Shown here: positions 51,027-60,105 of the stretch, piece after piece | Numbering within the stretch: position 1 is the first letter of the stretch | Layout of the letters: each line of letters opens with the position of its first letter | Assembly (NCBI GenBank): GCA_965233585.1 | Contig: CBDDTI010000747.1 | Span: 832,001 to 896,000, forward strand | DNA: 64,000 nucleotides | From: a bacterium | GTDB taxonomy: Bacteria > SAR324 > NAC60-12 | Direction: 5' to 3' | Made by a program: the position numbers and the translations under genes | Notes under the pieces: model-generated | The model's database searches: none | Told to the model about the DNA's origin: nothing | The model's input: only the letters and a program-made list of their open reading frames with translations

Positions 51027-52226
51027 CTAATTCACAATCGGCTTTGTCCCAGAACAAGCGATAACACTCCAATTGGTATAACCCCCTTGATGTCTAATTA
51101 AAGAATCTTGCAAATCGAACTGCTTGATACAATTTGACCTAGACTCTGTAATCTTTTGTTCTGACCAATTGGCATTTTTTAAAATATCTGCATAGTCATC
51201 TGTTTGGCAGTACAAGTGTTTCCATGTGTTGAAGACCTTAGCTAAACTCTCCCTATCTGTATTTTCTGTATCAGTAGTCAAAATATCTACTTTAATATCT
51301 TCAAATTTAAAATCTCTTAGCCACGAAGCTAATTTCCTTCCACTGTAAAAATCAGCTCCTGCTTCTCTTGCCATTTCGGCAAGGGTTCGGTATAGGCTAG
51401 ATATTTCTTCTCTATGAGGATACGCAATGATTAAATCATAATCTTCGCAGGTGACATAAACACGTCCACCCGGTTTAACAATTCTGTAAAGTTCTTTGAG
51501 AATGATTTGAGGTTGAGAAAAGATTTGGAGGCTGAGACGGCAGGTGACAAAATCAAAGGTATTATCAGCAACGCAGATAGATGTTGCATCAGCAATGAAA
51601 AAGTCTAGATTGTTGAGTACAAACTGCTTAGCTTGGGTACGCCCTTGCAAGATAGAATATTCTGCATGATCATAACCCGTGACAGCGGAGACGTTCATGT
51701 GTTTGGCAATCAAAGCAGTAAAATCCCCGCAACCGCAACAAACATCAGCAACAGACATTCCTTTTTTCAGACCATGTTTTACTAAAATATCTTTTTCTAA
51801 CTCCCATAAGATTCTGGTCTGGCTGCGCAATACGTCAACAATGTAGTCAGATTCCACTACAGATTGACCTTCGTAAAAATTCTCATCATAAACCTGTATG
51901 TAAACATTAGGAAGTTCTTCAAATTTGGAGAGGACACGTATCTGCCAGTCTATAATCTTGGTCACATTCAAAGTCAATTTGAGTCTATTGTCATCACTGA
52001 CCTGCTTAAAAAATTCAGCAAGATTCATCAAGGCAGAAGTGTTGATGTAATGGAGTTTACTGAAATCAAAAACTAACGCTCCTTTCACTTCTTGATAAAT
52101 TTTTTGCAAAAAAGAGGCAAAATCCTCTAAGGAACTCTTTCTCTTTTCTCTGAAATCACCAATGATGTGAATAGTTTGAGTAATAGAATCATATTCTAAC
52201 CTATATCTATAGCCTTCAATTTTCAC
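51027..52226 (-). CDS. STAS-like (slr1659/SiaC-like) domain fused to class I SAM-dependent methyltransferase
   Basis: FDFSKLHYINTSAL and WQ motifs parallel the 46719 protein; VADVCCGCG, FDFVTCR, VKPGG. Confidence 0.8.
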   Translation of the reverse strand: MKIEGYRYRLEYDSITQTIHIIGDFREKRKSSLEDFASFLQKIYQEVKGALVFDFSKLHYINTSALMNLAEFFKQVSDDNRLKLTLNVTKIIDWQIRVLSKFEELPNVYIQVYDENFYEGQSVVESDYIVDVLRSQTRILWELEKDILVKHGLKKGMSVADVCCGCGDFTALIAKHMNVSAVTGYDHAEYSILQGRTQAKQFVLNNLDFFIADATSICVADNTFDFVTCRLSLQIFSQPQIILKELYRIVKPGGRVYVTCEDYDLIIAYPHREEISSLYRTLAEMAREAGADFYSGRKLASWLRDFKFEDIKVDILTTDTENTDRESLAKVFNTWKHLYCQTDDYADILKNANWSEQKITESRSNCIKQFDLQDSLIRHQGGYTNWSVIACSGTKPIVN

Positions 52227-52261
52227 TATGAATCCTCTGGAAATAAAATAATTTAAAAAAT

Positions 52262-52720
52262 TTATGATGGAACATGGACGTCCAAAATGATAGTGTCTGA
52301 TTCAGGACTTTGCTGAAACTGAATGTTACACTCATAATCTTGTATCAAAAAAGCAAATCTAAAATGATTTGGATTCTCTGATTCTGTAATCCAATCATCT
52401 TTTTGTAGTTTTTCAGCATGTTCTATATATTGTTGGCATTCCAGTTCAGGGATTAACTTGGTTTGGCATGAGATACTGAAAGAATCCTCCTCTAAACTTA
52501 GGGAGATAAAAATAGAGCTATCTATCTCGCAAGCGTCAAAAAGATACTCTAGTAGCTCGTTCAAAACGACTGAGATAATATTCAGTGCTTTATCAGGGTT
52601 TTGAAACTCATGAGCCATATAAGATGCGATATAGTTAGCAGAGTCTCCACACTTTCCCCAAGATTTTTTTAAGTCCACTGCCTGCAATTCAATTGCGGTG
52701 TGTTGCTGCGCTGTTTCCAT
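52262..52720 (-). CDS. Degenerate slr1658-like HATPase-fold protein
   Basis: WGKCG..ANY, VLNELLE and IQDY align with the 47147 protein. Confidence 0.6.
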   Translation of the reverse strand: METAQQHTAIELQAVDLKKSWGKCGDSANYIASYMAHEFQNPDKALNIISVVLNELLEYLFDACEIDSSIFISLSLEEDSFSISCQTKLIPELECQQYIEHAEKLQKDDWITESENPNHFRFAFLIQDYECNIQFQQSPESDTIILDVHVPS

Positions 52721-52755
52721 ACTCTATACAAGATTAAATTAGACCGATTTAATGT

Positions 52756-53796
52756 TCAATGTTCCTGCTTTGTGTGTTGAATTTTTTGACGTCTGTCTTC
52801 CAAGGCATCTTCCACAAACCGCACAGCCTCGCACAATGAGACTTTGACTTGCTCTAGGTCATCAAGGCTTAGATTTTGTCCGTCATATTTGACTTGATTC
52901 AACAAAAATCCATCTTCCATTCTTTGAAAAAAATCAATGGTGTTATTGTCAGGTGATTTGACTTTTAAAGCCTGATAGACTTGCACAGGGTGATGCACCC
53001 CCTTAACCTGAATATCACCAACATATTTGCATTCTACGGAGTCTTTGACCAGCATATAGACCCCCGATGATATAAAAATTTCGTTAGGTTGTGCAAGGCT
53101 TTCTAAACGTGCAGCAATATTGACACCTCCGCCAATAGCCGTGTAGTCCATTCTATTTTTTGACCCAAAATCTCCAACGGTGCAATATCCAACATTAATT
53201 CCCACCCTTATCTGCATGGACTGGTTAATCCCCAACTCCCGACGCCACAGGTCATTGAGTAGCAATAGTTGGTTCTGCATTTCCAGTGCCATTTTGACAC
53301 AGCTAACTGCATGTGTTGCATCATCAGTAAAGATTGGATCGCCGAAAAAGACCATCACGGCATCGCCAATAAACTTGTCAATCGTCCCCCCGTATTTGAG
53401 GGCTGTCACCGCCATTCTGTCCAAATAGGCATTGAGCATCTCATGAAGTTGCTCTGACTCTATGGAGTCAGTCAATGCTGTAAAACCCACAATGTCAGAA
53501 AAAAAGATGACTAACTTCTTGCGATTGAAGGAGAGAGGACGTTCTACTTTCTGGTCACCTTGAGATGAAGGATTGAAAGACTCAGATTCAATTTCATGAG
53601 TAATAGACTCATAAATTTGAGGGGAGAGGTAAACCTTCATGCGGTCTCTAAGACGTTCTATACTGTCAACTTGAGCAGAAAGTTGTTCTTCTAAAGAAGA
53701 GGCATGATCAGCATTGTTGTCTAACATAATTTGCAAGAATTGCTTTTCTTCTTCCAATTCTTCTATCCTGTCTTTTAATTCTTGTTCAGAACTCAC
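52756..53796 (-). CDS. Class III adenylate cyclase with N-terminal coiled coil
   Basis: FSDIVGFT, KFIGDAVM, DYTAIG..VNIAARLE. Confidence 0.92.
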   Translation of the reverse strand: MSSEQELKDRIEELEEEKQFLQIMLDNNADHASSLEEQLSAQVDSIERLRDRMKVYLSPQIYESITHEIESESFNPSSQGDQKVERPLSFNRKKLVIFFSDIVGFTALTDSIESEQLHEMLNAYLDRMAVTALKYGGTIDKFIGDAVMVFFGDPIFTDDATHAVSCVKMALEMQNQLLLLNDLWRRELGINQSMQIRVGINVGYCTVGDFGSKNRMDYTAIGGGVNIAARLESLAQPNEIFISSGVYMLVKDSVECKYVGDIQVKGVHHPVQVYQALKVKSPDNNTIDFFQRMEDGFLLNQVKYDGQNLSLDDLEQVKVSLCEAVRFVEDALEDRRQKIQHTKQEH

Positions 53797-53878
53797 AATC
53801 TCACAAATGTTAATTATGGCAAATCAGGTAGGATACAGAAGGTAAGAAATGTTTGCAAGTCATTTGTTGTAGAAAACT

Positions 53879-54529
53879 TCAACTGTTTGCAAAAAAGGGA
53901 ATGATAGAGTCAAAGTCTCTCTTTTCCCGCAGTTGATTTGCAGTTTTTTGAAGTTTCAGGGTTTGTGATAATTGCAGTAGAAGGTTGAGATGATTGTGAA
54001 GTGTCGTTGAAATGAGAATGAAAAAGACAAAAATAGGTGGATGCTGTTCTTCTGTGATGGGCTGTTTGGGAAAAAAGATGGAAATGATGGGTTGTTCCAG
54101 CTGTGTTAAAGGTCTTGGCAGATGAGGAATTGCAATGCCATTGCCTATTGAAGTAGAGGCAATGCGTTCTCGTTCTTGCAAAAGCGTTGCGATTTGCAAG
54201 GAAGGAGGAATCAGTTTGCCTGAAAACTCTTGTATTGTTTGAAAGGCGTCCTCTTTGGTTTGTAGGTCTAAATCGTGGTAGATTTTGCCAAGCCTGATTG
54301 ATGCAATCACATCAGAGTCTTTTTTAAAATTTTCAGTTTGTAGGACAGAAACTTGGTCAGAATTGATTCGCAAACCTTTTGATTTTGCCCAAGTTCTCAA
54401 GGTCTCTAAATCAAACAAATATTTTCCACCATGATACACGCATGGAATCGTGCCTTGACGAATCCAACGTTTAATGGTGCCTTCTGGAATTTTCAAAAAA
54501 TTGACCGCTTCTGAAACTGTAAGTTGCAT
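53879..54529 (-). CDS. Excisionase-type HTH fused to PTS EIIA (Ntr/Fru type)
   Basis: LTVSEAVNFLKIPEGTIKRW, RERIASTSIGNGIAIPH. Confidence 0.85.
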   Translation of the reverse strand: MQLTVSEAVNFLKIPEGTIKRWIRQGTIPCVYHGGKYLFDLETLRTWAKSKGLRINSDQVSVLQTENFKKDSDVIASIRLGKIYHDLDLQTKEDAFQTIQEFSGKLIPPSLQIATLLQERERIASTSIGNGIAIPHLPRPLTQLEQPIISIFFPKQPITEEQHPPIFVFFILISTTLHNHLNLLLQLSQTLKLQKTANQLREKRDFDSIIPFFANS

Positions 54530-54531
54530 AA

Positions 54532-55278
54532 CTAAAGCAAATATTGGTAAGCATTTTCAAATAATGAAAGACCTGTCTTGCCCTCATATCTGTTCCTTGT
54601 CCATTTGGGGTGGTGAGTGTAGTGAGTGAAGGCTTCAGGGTGAGGCATGAGACCCAAAACATTGCCTTGAACGTTGCACAAAGAGGCAATGCCCAGCGGC
54701 GAACCGTTAGGATTTACTGCGTGATACTTCAAAGGGACAAGGTGGTTTTGCTCAATGTCAGTTAACGTGGCATTAGGGATTTCTAGCCTACCCTCTCCGT
54801 GCCTCACAGGAAGCTCCAGCTTTTCAATACCTTTTGTTAAAAGGCAGGGTGAGTCACTTTTTGCTTGCAGATGCACCCAGCTGTTTTGAAACCGACCATT
54901 CGCATTAGCGGTTAAGGAAACCTGTTGTCTGCCTCCTGATGGCAAAACCCCCATTTTGACAAGCACTTGAAACCCGTTACAAATCCCCATCACCAACTTG
55001 CCTGACTCAATAAAGGCAGTCAATTCATCTTTTAACCGACCCGCTTGTCCACACTTCCAACGATTTGCTCCAATACGACCTGCACCCAGGTCATCTCCGT
55101 CTAAAAAACCACCTACCAAAATCACAAAACCATAATTTTTCAAAGCGACCCTGCCCTCAATCAATCTACTCATGTGAACGATTGCCGGAGCTTTGCCTGA
55201 CGCAAGCTGACAGGCGTGAGCTGTCTCAAGCTCACAATTCAATCCGTATCCTGATAAAATTAAAGTTGTCTCGTTCAT
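54532..55278 (-). CDS. purQ: FGAM synthase glutaminase subunit
   Basis: GYGLNCELET, GGFLDGD, GICNGFQ, HGEG, MPHPE. Confidence 0.92.
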   Translation of the reverse strand: MNETTLILSGYGLNCELETAHACQLASGKAPAIVHMSRLIEGRVALKNYGFVILVGGFLDGDDLGAGRIGANRWKCGQAGRLKDELTAFIESGKLVMGICNGFQVLVKMGVLPSGGRQQVSLTANANGRFQNSWVHLQAKSDSPCLLTKGIEKLELPVRHGEGRLEIPNATLTDIEQNHLVPLKYHAVNPNGSPLGIASLCNVQGNVLGLMPHPEAFTHYTHHPKWTRNRYEGKTGLSLFENAYQYLL

Positions 55279-55293
55279 TGGGCTTTAACTGCA

Positions 55294-55674
55294 TCAAAGT
55301 TTCAGAATGTCTTTGATTTTTTCTTCTAATGTTGCAGGAGAAAAGGGTTTGACAATGTAACCGTTGACTTTGTTTTGTGCAGCAAGCACGATGTTTTGTT
55401 TCAGTCGTTCTGCTGTGACCATCAACACAGGCAATGTTGCAAATTGATCGCTGGCACGAATGACTTTGAGCAAATCCAGTCCGCTCATTTCTGGCATATT
55501 CCAATCTGCAATGAGTAAATCAACCTTGTGCTGTTGGATTTTTGACCATGCTTCTTTGCCGTCTTTGGCAAGAATCACCGATGAAAAGCCCAGCTTCAAA
55601 AGCATTCCCGCTAGCAAACGTCTCATGTTTTCAATGTCATCAACTGCTAGTATAGTGATGTTTGACCTTTCCAA
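55294..55674 (-). CDS. cheY: Chemotaxis response regulator CheY-like
   Basis: VDD, DWNMPEMSG, MVTAE, YIVKPF. Confidence 0.85.
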   Translation of the reverse strand: MERSNITILAVDDIENMRRLLAGMLLKLGFSSVILAKDGKEAWSKIQQHKVDLLIADWNMPEMSGLDLLKVIRASDQFATLPVLMVTAERLKQNIVLAAQNKVNGYIVKPFSPATLEEKIKDILKL

Positions 55675-55680
55675 AATGCT

Positions 55681-56679
55681 TTAGTTTAAAAGTGTTAAAT
55701 CTTGTTTGGCATTCGCTGCTGCAGTAGAGTCAGGGAATCGTTCAATCACAGCACGAAAATAGTATTTGGCTTTTTCCGCTTCATTTCTCATTGCATAAAT
55801 TTGACCAAGCATCTGAATCGCATCAGGGGTTTTATAGCCTTGAGAGGTTGGTCGGTGTTCGTAATTCCTCAAGACGCCTCGGAATTGTTCTTCTGCAAGG
55901 TCTAGCTTCTTCATTCTGAAGTAGGTATTCCCCAGCCAAAACATGGCATTGTCTCCATATTCATCATCAGGATAATCCTGCACAACGTTCATCAATAATT
56001 TGACTGCTTTTTGAGATTGATTTTGAAACAGGGCTTGCATGCCTTGGTCGTAAATTTTCTTGACAGGGGGGTAAGATTTCAGAGTATAAGGACGTTTCGG
56101 CTCATTTAAGTCAGGGTCACTATAAGGTTTCTTTGTAGTAGGAATGACAACAGGTTTGACGTTTTGAACCGTTTGTTTGGGCTTTTGAAGGGATTGAGGG
56201 CTTTCTCTCACAACCTTGGACTCATCGGGAGGAGGCAAGGGAACAGGAGCCACTTCAAGTGTTGTTTCTGGTTGTTTCGGAGTGGGGAAAAGCGGGAATT
56301 TTTCAATCAATTCCGTTTGTGGTGGTTCTTCATCAGGTTTAGTGATGGGGAGTTGCTCTACTTCAATAGGTTGGGATTGCTGCTGTCCAACAGCACGTTC
56401 CAACAAAGTAAAATTCTTGAGCATGACTTTTTGGAACTCATCATTTTGCAACTTCATTTGCAGAAGTTGTTCACGTAGCTGAGAGATTTCAGACGTTTGC
56501 TGACCGACCGTTTTTTCAAGGTCAATCACATCACGTCTCTTGGCATACTCTATGGTTTCTTTTTGGGGAAGAGGGGCGTCTTTCACTTGAGGGTCCGGCG
56601 TCATCGCAGTCTTGCTTTGGATTCGCTCCACTGCAGAACACCCTAACATCAAAAAGCTCAAGAAGATGCAAACTCTCAT
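55681..56679 (-). CDS. CpoB/YbgF-like TPR lipoprotein
   Basis: Lipobox LGC, coiled coil, Pro-rich linker, DNAMFWLG, KTPDA, FPDSTAA. Confidence 0.75.
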   Translation of the reverse strand: MRVCIFLSFLMLGCSAVERIQSKTAMTPDPQVKDAPLPQKETIEYAKRRDVIDLEKTVGQQTSEISQLREQLLQMKLQNDEFQKVMLKNFTLLERAVGQQQSQPIEVEQLPITKPDEEPPQTELIEKFPLFPTPKQPETTLEVAPVPLPPPDESKVVRESPQSLQKPKQTVQNVKPVVIPTTKKPYSDPDLNEPKRPYTLKSYPPVKKIYDQGMQALFQNQSQKAVKLLMNVVQDYPDDEYGDNAMFWLGNTYFRMKKLDLAEEQFRGVLRNYEHRPTSQGYKTPDAIQMLGQIYAMRNEAEKAKYYFRAVIERFPDSTAAANAKQDLTLLN

Positions 56680-57425
56680 GGATTCAACTGAGATTGCATT
56701 TCCAAAATTCTTTCAATTTCTCTGGCAAGCTCTTCTTGATTATTTGTGCGATATGCCAAAATCAAACTTCTTGCAACTTCTCTCTTTTTTGGATAGTTAG
56801 GATAATTTCGTAACAGATACAAATATCTTGATGCAGCAGCACGATAGGCTTCGTTTTCCAAATAAAAATCACTGACCAATTTTTCATGTTCTGACAGGTC
56901 TGCTAATGCCCTGCCTAAATATTGTCTTGCAGTCTCAAGGTAGGCGTTTTGAGGGTAGAGTAAAAAAAACCTTTGATATTCACGAATGATCTTTCGGTTC
57001 GGTTCCATATCACGATAAAAATCACGATCTTTAAAGATTGCTCCTAAAACATTGCGTTCGTAATTCAAAACAATGAGTTGCGTGATGACATAAGGGTTAA
57101 GGTGATGAGAGGGATTAAGGGTAAGAAAGGTGCGATAGTTTGTTTCTGCCTTGTCCCAGTCCTTACGTGCAAAGCTCAGTTCTGCCAGCTTGAGGTACGC
57201 AATAGAAGCAAGTCTTGAACCAGCATCTTGCTGGATTAATTCATTCAGACGTTCCTCAATCACTGCAACAGAGCCAGATTTTCGCTCAATGTCAATGACT
57301 TCGTAATACAGCTCACGAACGGGTTTGGTCTTCTTTTCAGAACAACCATGAATCCAAAGAAGACCTGCAATGACTAACAAAAACTTGATCTTCGTTAAAT
57401 TTTTTTTAAAAGGTGAAACTTTCAT
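56676..57425 (-). CDS. bamD: Outer-membrane assembly lipoprotein BamD-like
   Basis: Lipobox IHGC, TPRs, LSEHEKLVSDFY..YRAAASRY..NYP. Confidence 0.75.
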   Translation of the reverse strand: MKVSPFKKNLTKIKFLLVIAGLLWIHGCSEKKTKPVRELYYEVIDIERKSGSVAVIEERLNELIQQDAGSRLASIAYLKLAELSFARKDWDKAETNYRTFLTLNPSHHLNPYVITQLIVLNYERNVLGAIFKDRDFYRDMEPNRKIIREYQRFFLLYPQNAYLETARQYLGRALADLSEHEKLVSDFYLENEAYRAAASRYLYLLRNYPNYPKKREVARSLILAYRTNNQEELAREIERILEMQSQLNP

Positions 57426-58312
57426 GTACGGGTTTTTTTATAACGAATCATTGTGATTTGGTTGCCTCTCTCGTTCCAGAAGACTTCGTCCATGAAGTGC
57501 CGAATTGCAATCAATCCTGAATAATTGGACTGGAAGACCCTCTCTGTCGTTTTAGGGTCTGGCACGTCTCTGTGGTCAAAACCTTTGCCTTCATCACGGA
57601 ACACGTACTTTGCAGAGTGAGCAGACAATTCATATTCAATGTGAACACGTCTATACTTGTAATCTTCCATTTGACGCCTGCTTTCTGCCTCACGCAAAAA
57701 CTGTTCAAAATTTCTACGTTTTAATTCTTGGTCAAGCTCTAAGTTTCCATAAAAAATAGCATTTTCCAGTGCTTCTGCCAGCATCACTCTGGTAATCGCC
57801 AGCTCACCTTTAGTTGCCAAATTGTAAAAAGGCAGACGTTGCGTAATGAAGGAAACAATCCCAAAGTAGTTCTCAAAATTGTTTCCAATCTCCAAAGTTT
57901 GAGATTCACTGACAGTGTTTTCCAAACAATAATCATCACACTGAATGTCTTCAGAACTTTGCAAAAGCCTGTGGTAAATGGCATGCACGAAAGCAACAGT
58001 CAAAGGCTTGGTCAAAAAACCAAATGCCCCCGCATTGATCGCACTCAAAATGCCATCAGTGTCGCGTTGTCCTGCAATGATGACCACAGGGACTGAAGGG
58101 TTCATCTCACGAATGACATTGATGAGTTCCAACCCACCCATTCTGGGCAAAGTCAAAGCACAAAAGATGGCATAAATCTTGTTTTTTTGAAGGATTTCAA
58201 GTGCCTCCTCAGCATTGTCAACAGTGATCTGTTCCACTTGCTGATTTGCACAAAATTCATGCAGTATCGCAAGGGTTTCCAAATGATCGTGAACGATTAA
58301 GAGTTTTGACAT
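57422..58312 (-). CDS. Atypical receiver domain fused to RsbW-like HATPase
   Basis: Receiver fold with FLTKP; EALENAIFYGN, RDEGKGFD, FMDEV. Confidence 0.8.
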   Translation of the reverse strand: MSKLLIVHDHLETLAILHEFCANQQVEQITVDNAEEALEILQKNKIYAIFCALTLPRMGGLELINVIREMNPSVPVVIIAGQRDTDGILSAINAGAFGFLTKPLTVAFVHAIYHRLLQSSEDIQCDDYCLENTVSESQTLEIGNNFENYFGIVSFITQRLPFYNLATKGELAITRVMLAEALENAIFYGNLELDQELKRRNFEQFLREAESRRQMEDYKYRRVHIEYELSAHSAKYVFRDEGKGFDHRDVPDPKTTERVFQSNYSGLIAIRHFMDEVFWNERGNQITMIRYKKTRT

Positions 58313-58446
58313 ATTTTTTATCGGAGGTAAATTTGCCCAATTTGAGTCAAGTCTGATTTCTTGCCCACAACAGAACTTTTGATGGGGCTAAGTTAAAAGA
58401 GTCTCAAGAGATTGTCAACTGCTAGCATGATTCCTCCAAAGTCGCT

Positions 58447-59076
58447 TTACTTGATTGTCACTTCCACACGACTATTCAATGCACGTTGTTCTTCAATTTC
58501 TCCTGTAAAAGCAGGTCTGAACTCACCATAGCCAACGATTTGAATTTTTTCTTGCTCAATGCCTTCTTGAATTAAAAAATTGGCTACGGCAGAAGCACGC
58601 AATCCTGACAATGCCCAACGTGAAGGTCTGCCTGCCTCTTTAGAGTCTGCATGCCCTGTGACGACTAAATCATTTGGCAACCTGTAAAGAATTTTTGAAA
58701 ACTTTTCAAGTTCTTTTCTGGCTATTTCTGTCAATGTAATCTCCCCAGTTTGGAAGAGTGCTTTCGCATTGAATGAAATCACCGTACCTCGTTCTTCCAC
58801 GGAGACACTTGTATTGTCTGCCAACTCACTTTCTTCTATCTGTTGTTTGATGTTTCTAATGATGGCATCATTACCATCTAAAAGGTAGGGGCTTCCTGCA
58901 GGGGTAGGTTTAAAACTTTGTGCAGTGTCACGAAATTTTTCAAGATTCAGCTTGCACATGGAAAATAGCAAAATAAAAAAACAAAGTAGCAAAGTGACAA
59001 GGTCGCCATAAGTAAAAATCCATTCTTGGTCAAATGGTTCACAAACAGGACAATCTTCTTCATCAATCATTGCCAT
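58447..59076 (-). CDS. motB: MotB/OmpA-family flagellar stator protein
   Basis: WIFTYGDLVTLLLCFF plug/TM segment, OmpA domain GHAD, LSGLRA, NSRVE. Confidence 0.8.
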   Translation of the reverse strand: MAMIDEEDCPVCEPFDQEWIFTYGDLVTLLLCFFILLFSMCKLNLEKFRDTAQSFKPTPAGSPYLLDGNDAIIRNIKQQIEESELADNTSVSVEERGTVISFNAKALFQTGEITLTEIARKELEKFSKILYRLPNDLVVTGHADSKEAGRPSRWALSGLRASAVANFLIQEGIEQEKIQIVGYGEFRPAFTGEIEEQRALNSRVEVTIK

Positions 59077-59532
59077 AGTCTTAACCCCCTAATTGTTTGA
59101 TTCAGTAAAAACTTTTTCAACCTCACTAACTTTTTTACAAGAATTTCCGAAGCCCTTGATTTTTTTGAAAAGTTAAAAAGCATTTTCTTGCAAGCTGACA
59201 GCAGAGCATGAAAATCCTCTATACAAAGCAAAAAAACGAGTCCATTTTCTAATGGTCTAAAAGTAAAAGTTTTGAAATGATTCTAACAGAATCTCCTGAC
59301 AACAACAATGGAGACGATGTCCAAACTCCTACAAGTACACAAAGCAGGCGTCTGCGTTCACAAAATCGCCAAAGATCAAAAACTGTCAGAGATGCGTATT
59401 CATTAAATCCTGTAAGAGGCAAGTTAGAATGAGACAAACAGCAAGAGATGTTTTAGTTTTTGCCTGTTGTTTTTTCATCAGTCATTGATTTTTTGATTGT
59501 TTATTTCAAACCTAGATTTTAATCAATTATTA

Positions 59533-59572
59533 TTGACACAAGTATCAAGATTTGAGACGATACTTGTGTTGA
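59533..59572. promoter_or_regulatory. Inverted repeat overlapping a TTGACA hexamer; candidate operator
   Basis: ACACAAGTATC (59536-59546)...GATACTTGTGT (59559-59569). Confidence 0.5.
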
Positions 59573-59644
59573 TAGAGGGTCACACCTCTTTTTTAAAGTA
59601 TTATTTGCTTAACTTCTGCTGCTATTGATTAAATTAGGTCAGAT

Positions 59645-59902
59645 ATGATTGACACACTACAATATTCGCAAGACCTTATTGCTGTTGGCTTCACGCCTGA
59701 ACAAGCAAGGTTGCAAGCCAGTACACTTGTGAAAGCCATAGAAAAAAGCTCTGCCACCAAAGAGGATTTACTGCGTGTTGAAAACTCACTCAGAGAAGAA
59801 ATTGCTGGAATTAGAGGAGAAATCAAACTTGTCAAATGGATGCTGGCTCTGATCATTGTTGTGCAAGTGCGACCTTATCTTAAAACTTTTCTTGCAGGTT
59901 GA
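59645..59902 (+). CDS. DUF1640/CCDC90-like small coiled-coil protein
   Basis: MIDTL..L.AVGFTPEQA, ATKEDL, VKWMLAL. Confidence 0.75.
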   Translation: MIDTLQYSQDLIAVGFTPEQARLQASTLVKAIEKSSATKEDLLRVENSLREEIAGIRGEIKLVKWMLALIIVVQVRPYLKTFLAG

Positions 59903-60105
59903 CCTTCCAGTCAGCAATCTCCCTCTAACTATCAAGCCATAACGGCTGTTTTTCAAAAAAGCCCCTTGCTTTTGGAGCGAGGAACTTATTAACCCCTAAA
60001 TTCAAGACCTTTTAAATCTACTTTAAACGTTTTTCTATGCAGCGTAGCTTTTCGTGTGGCAGAGATGATGCGGGATTTGACAATAGGTTGAGTCAATCTA
60101 TCATC

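Noticed and set aside
53879..54529. Excisionase HTH as a sign of a prophage
   Set aside because: HTH-EIIA fusion is a known chromosomal architecture and no phage genes are nearby
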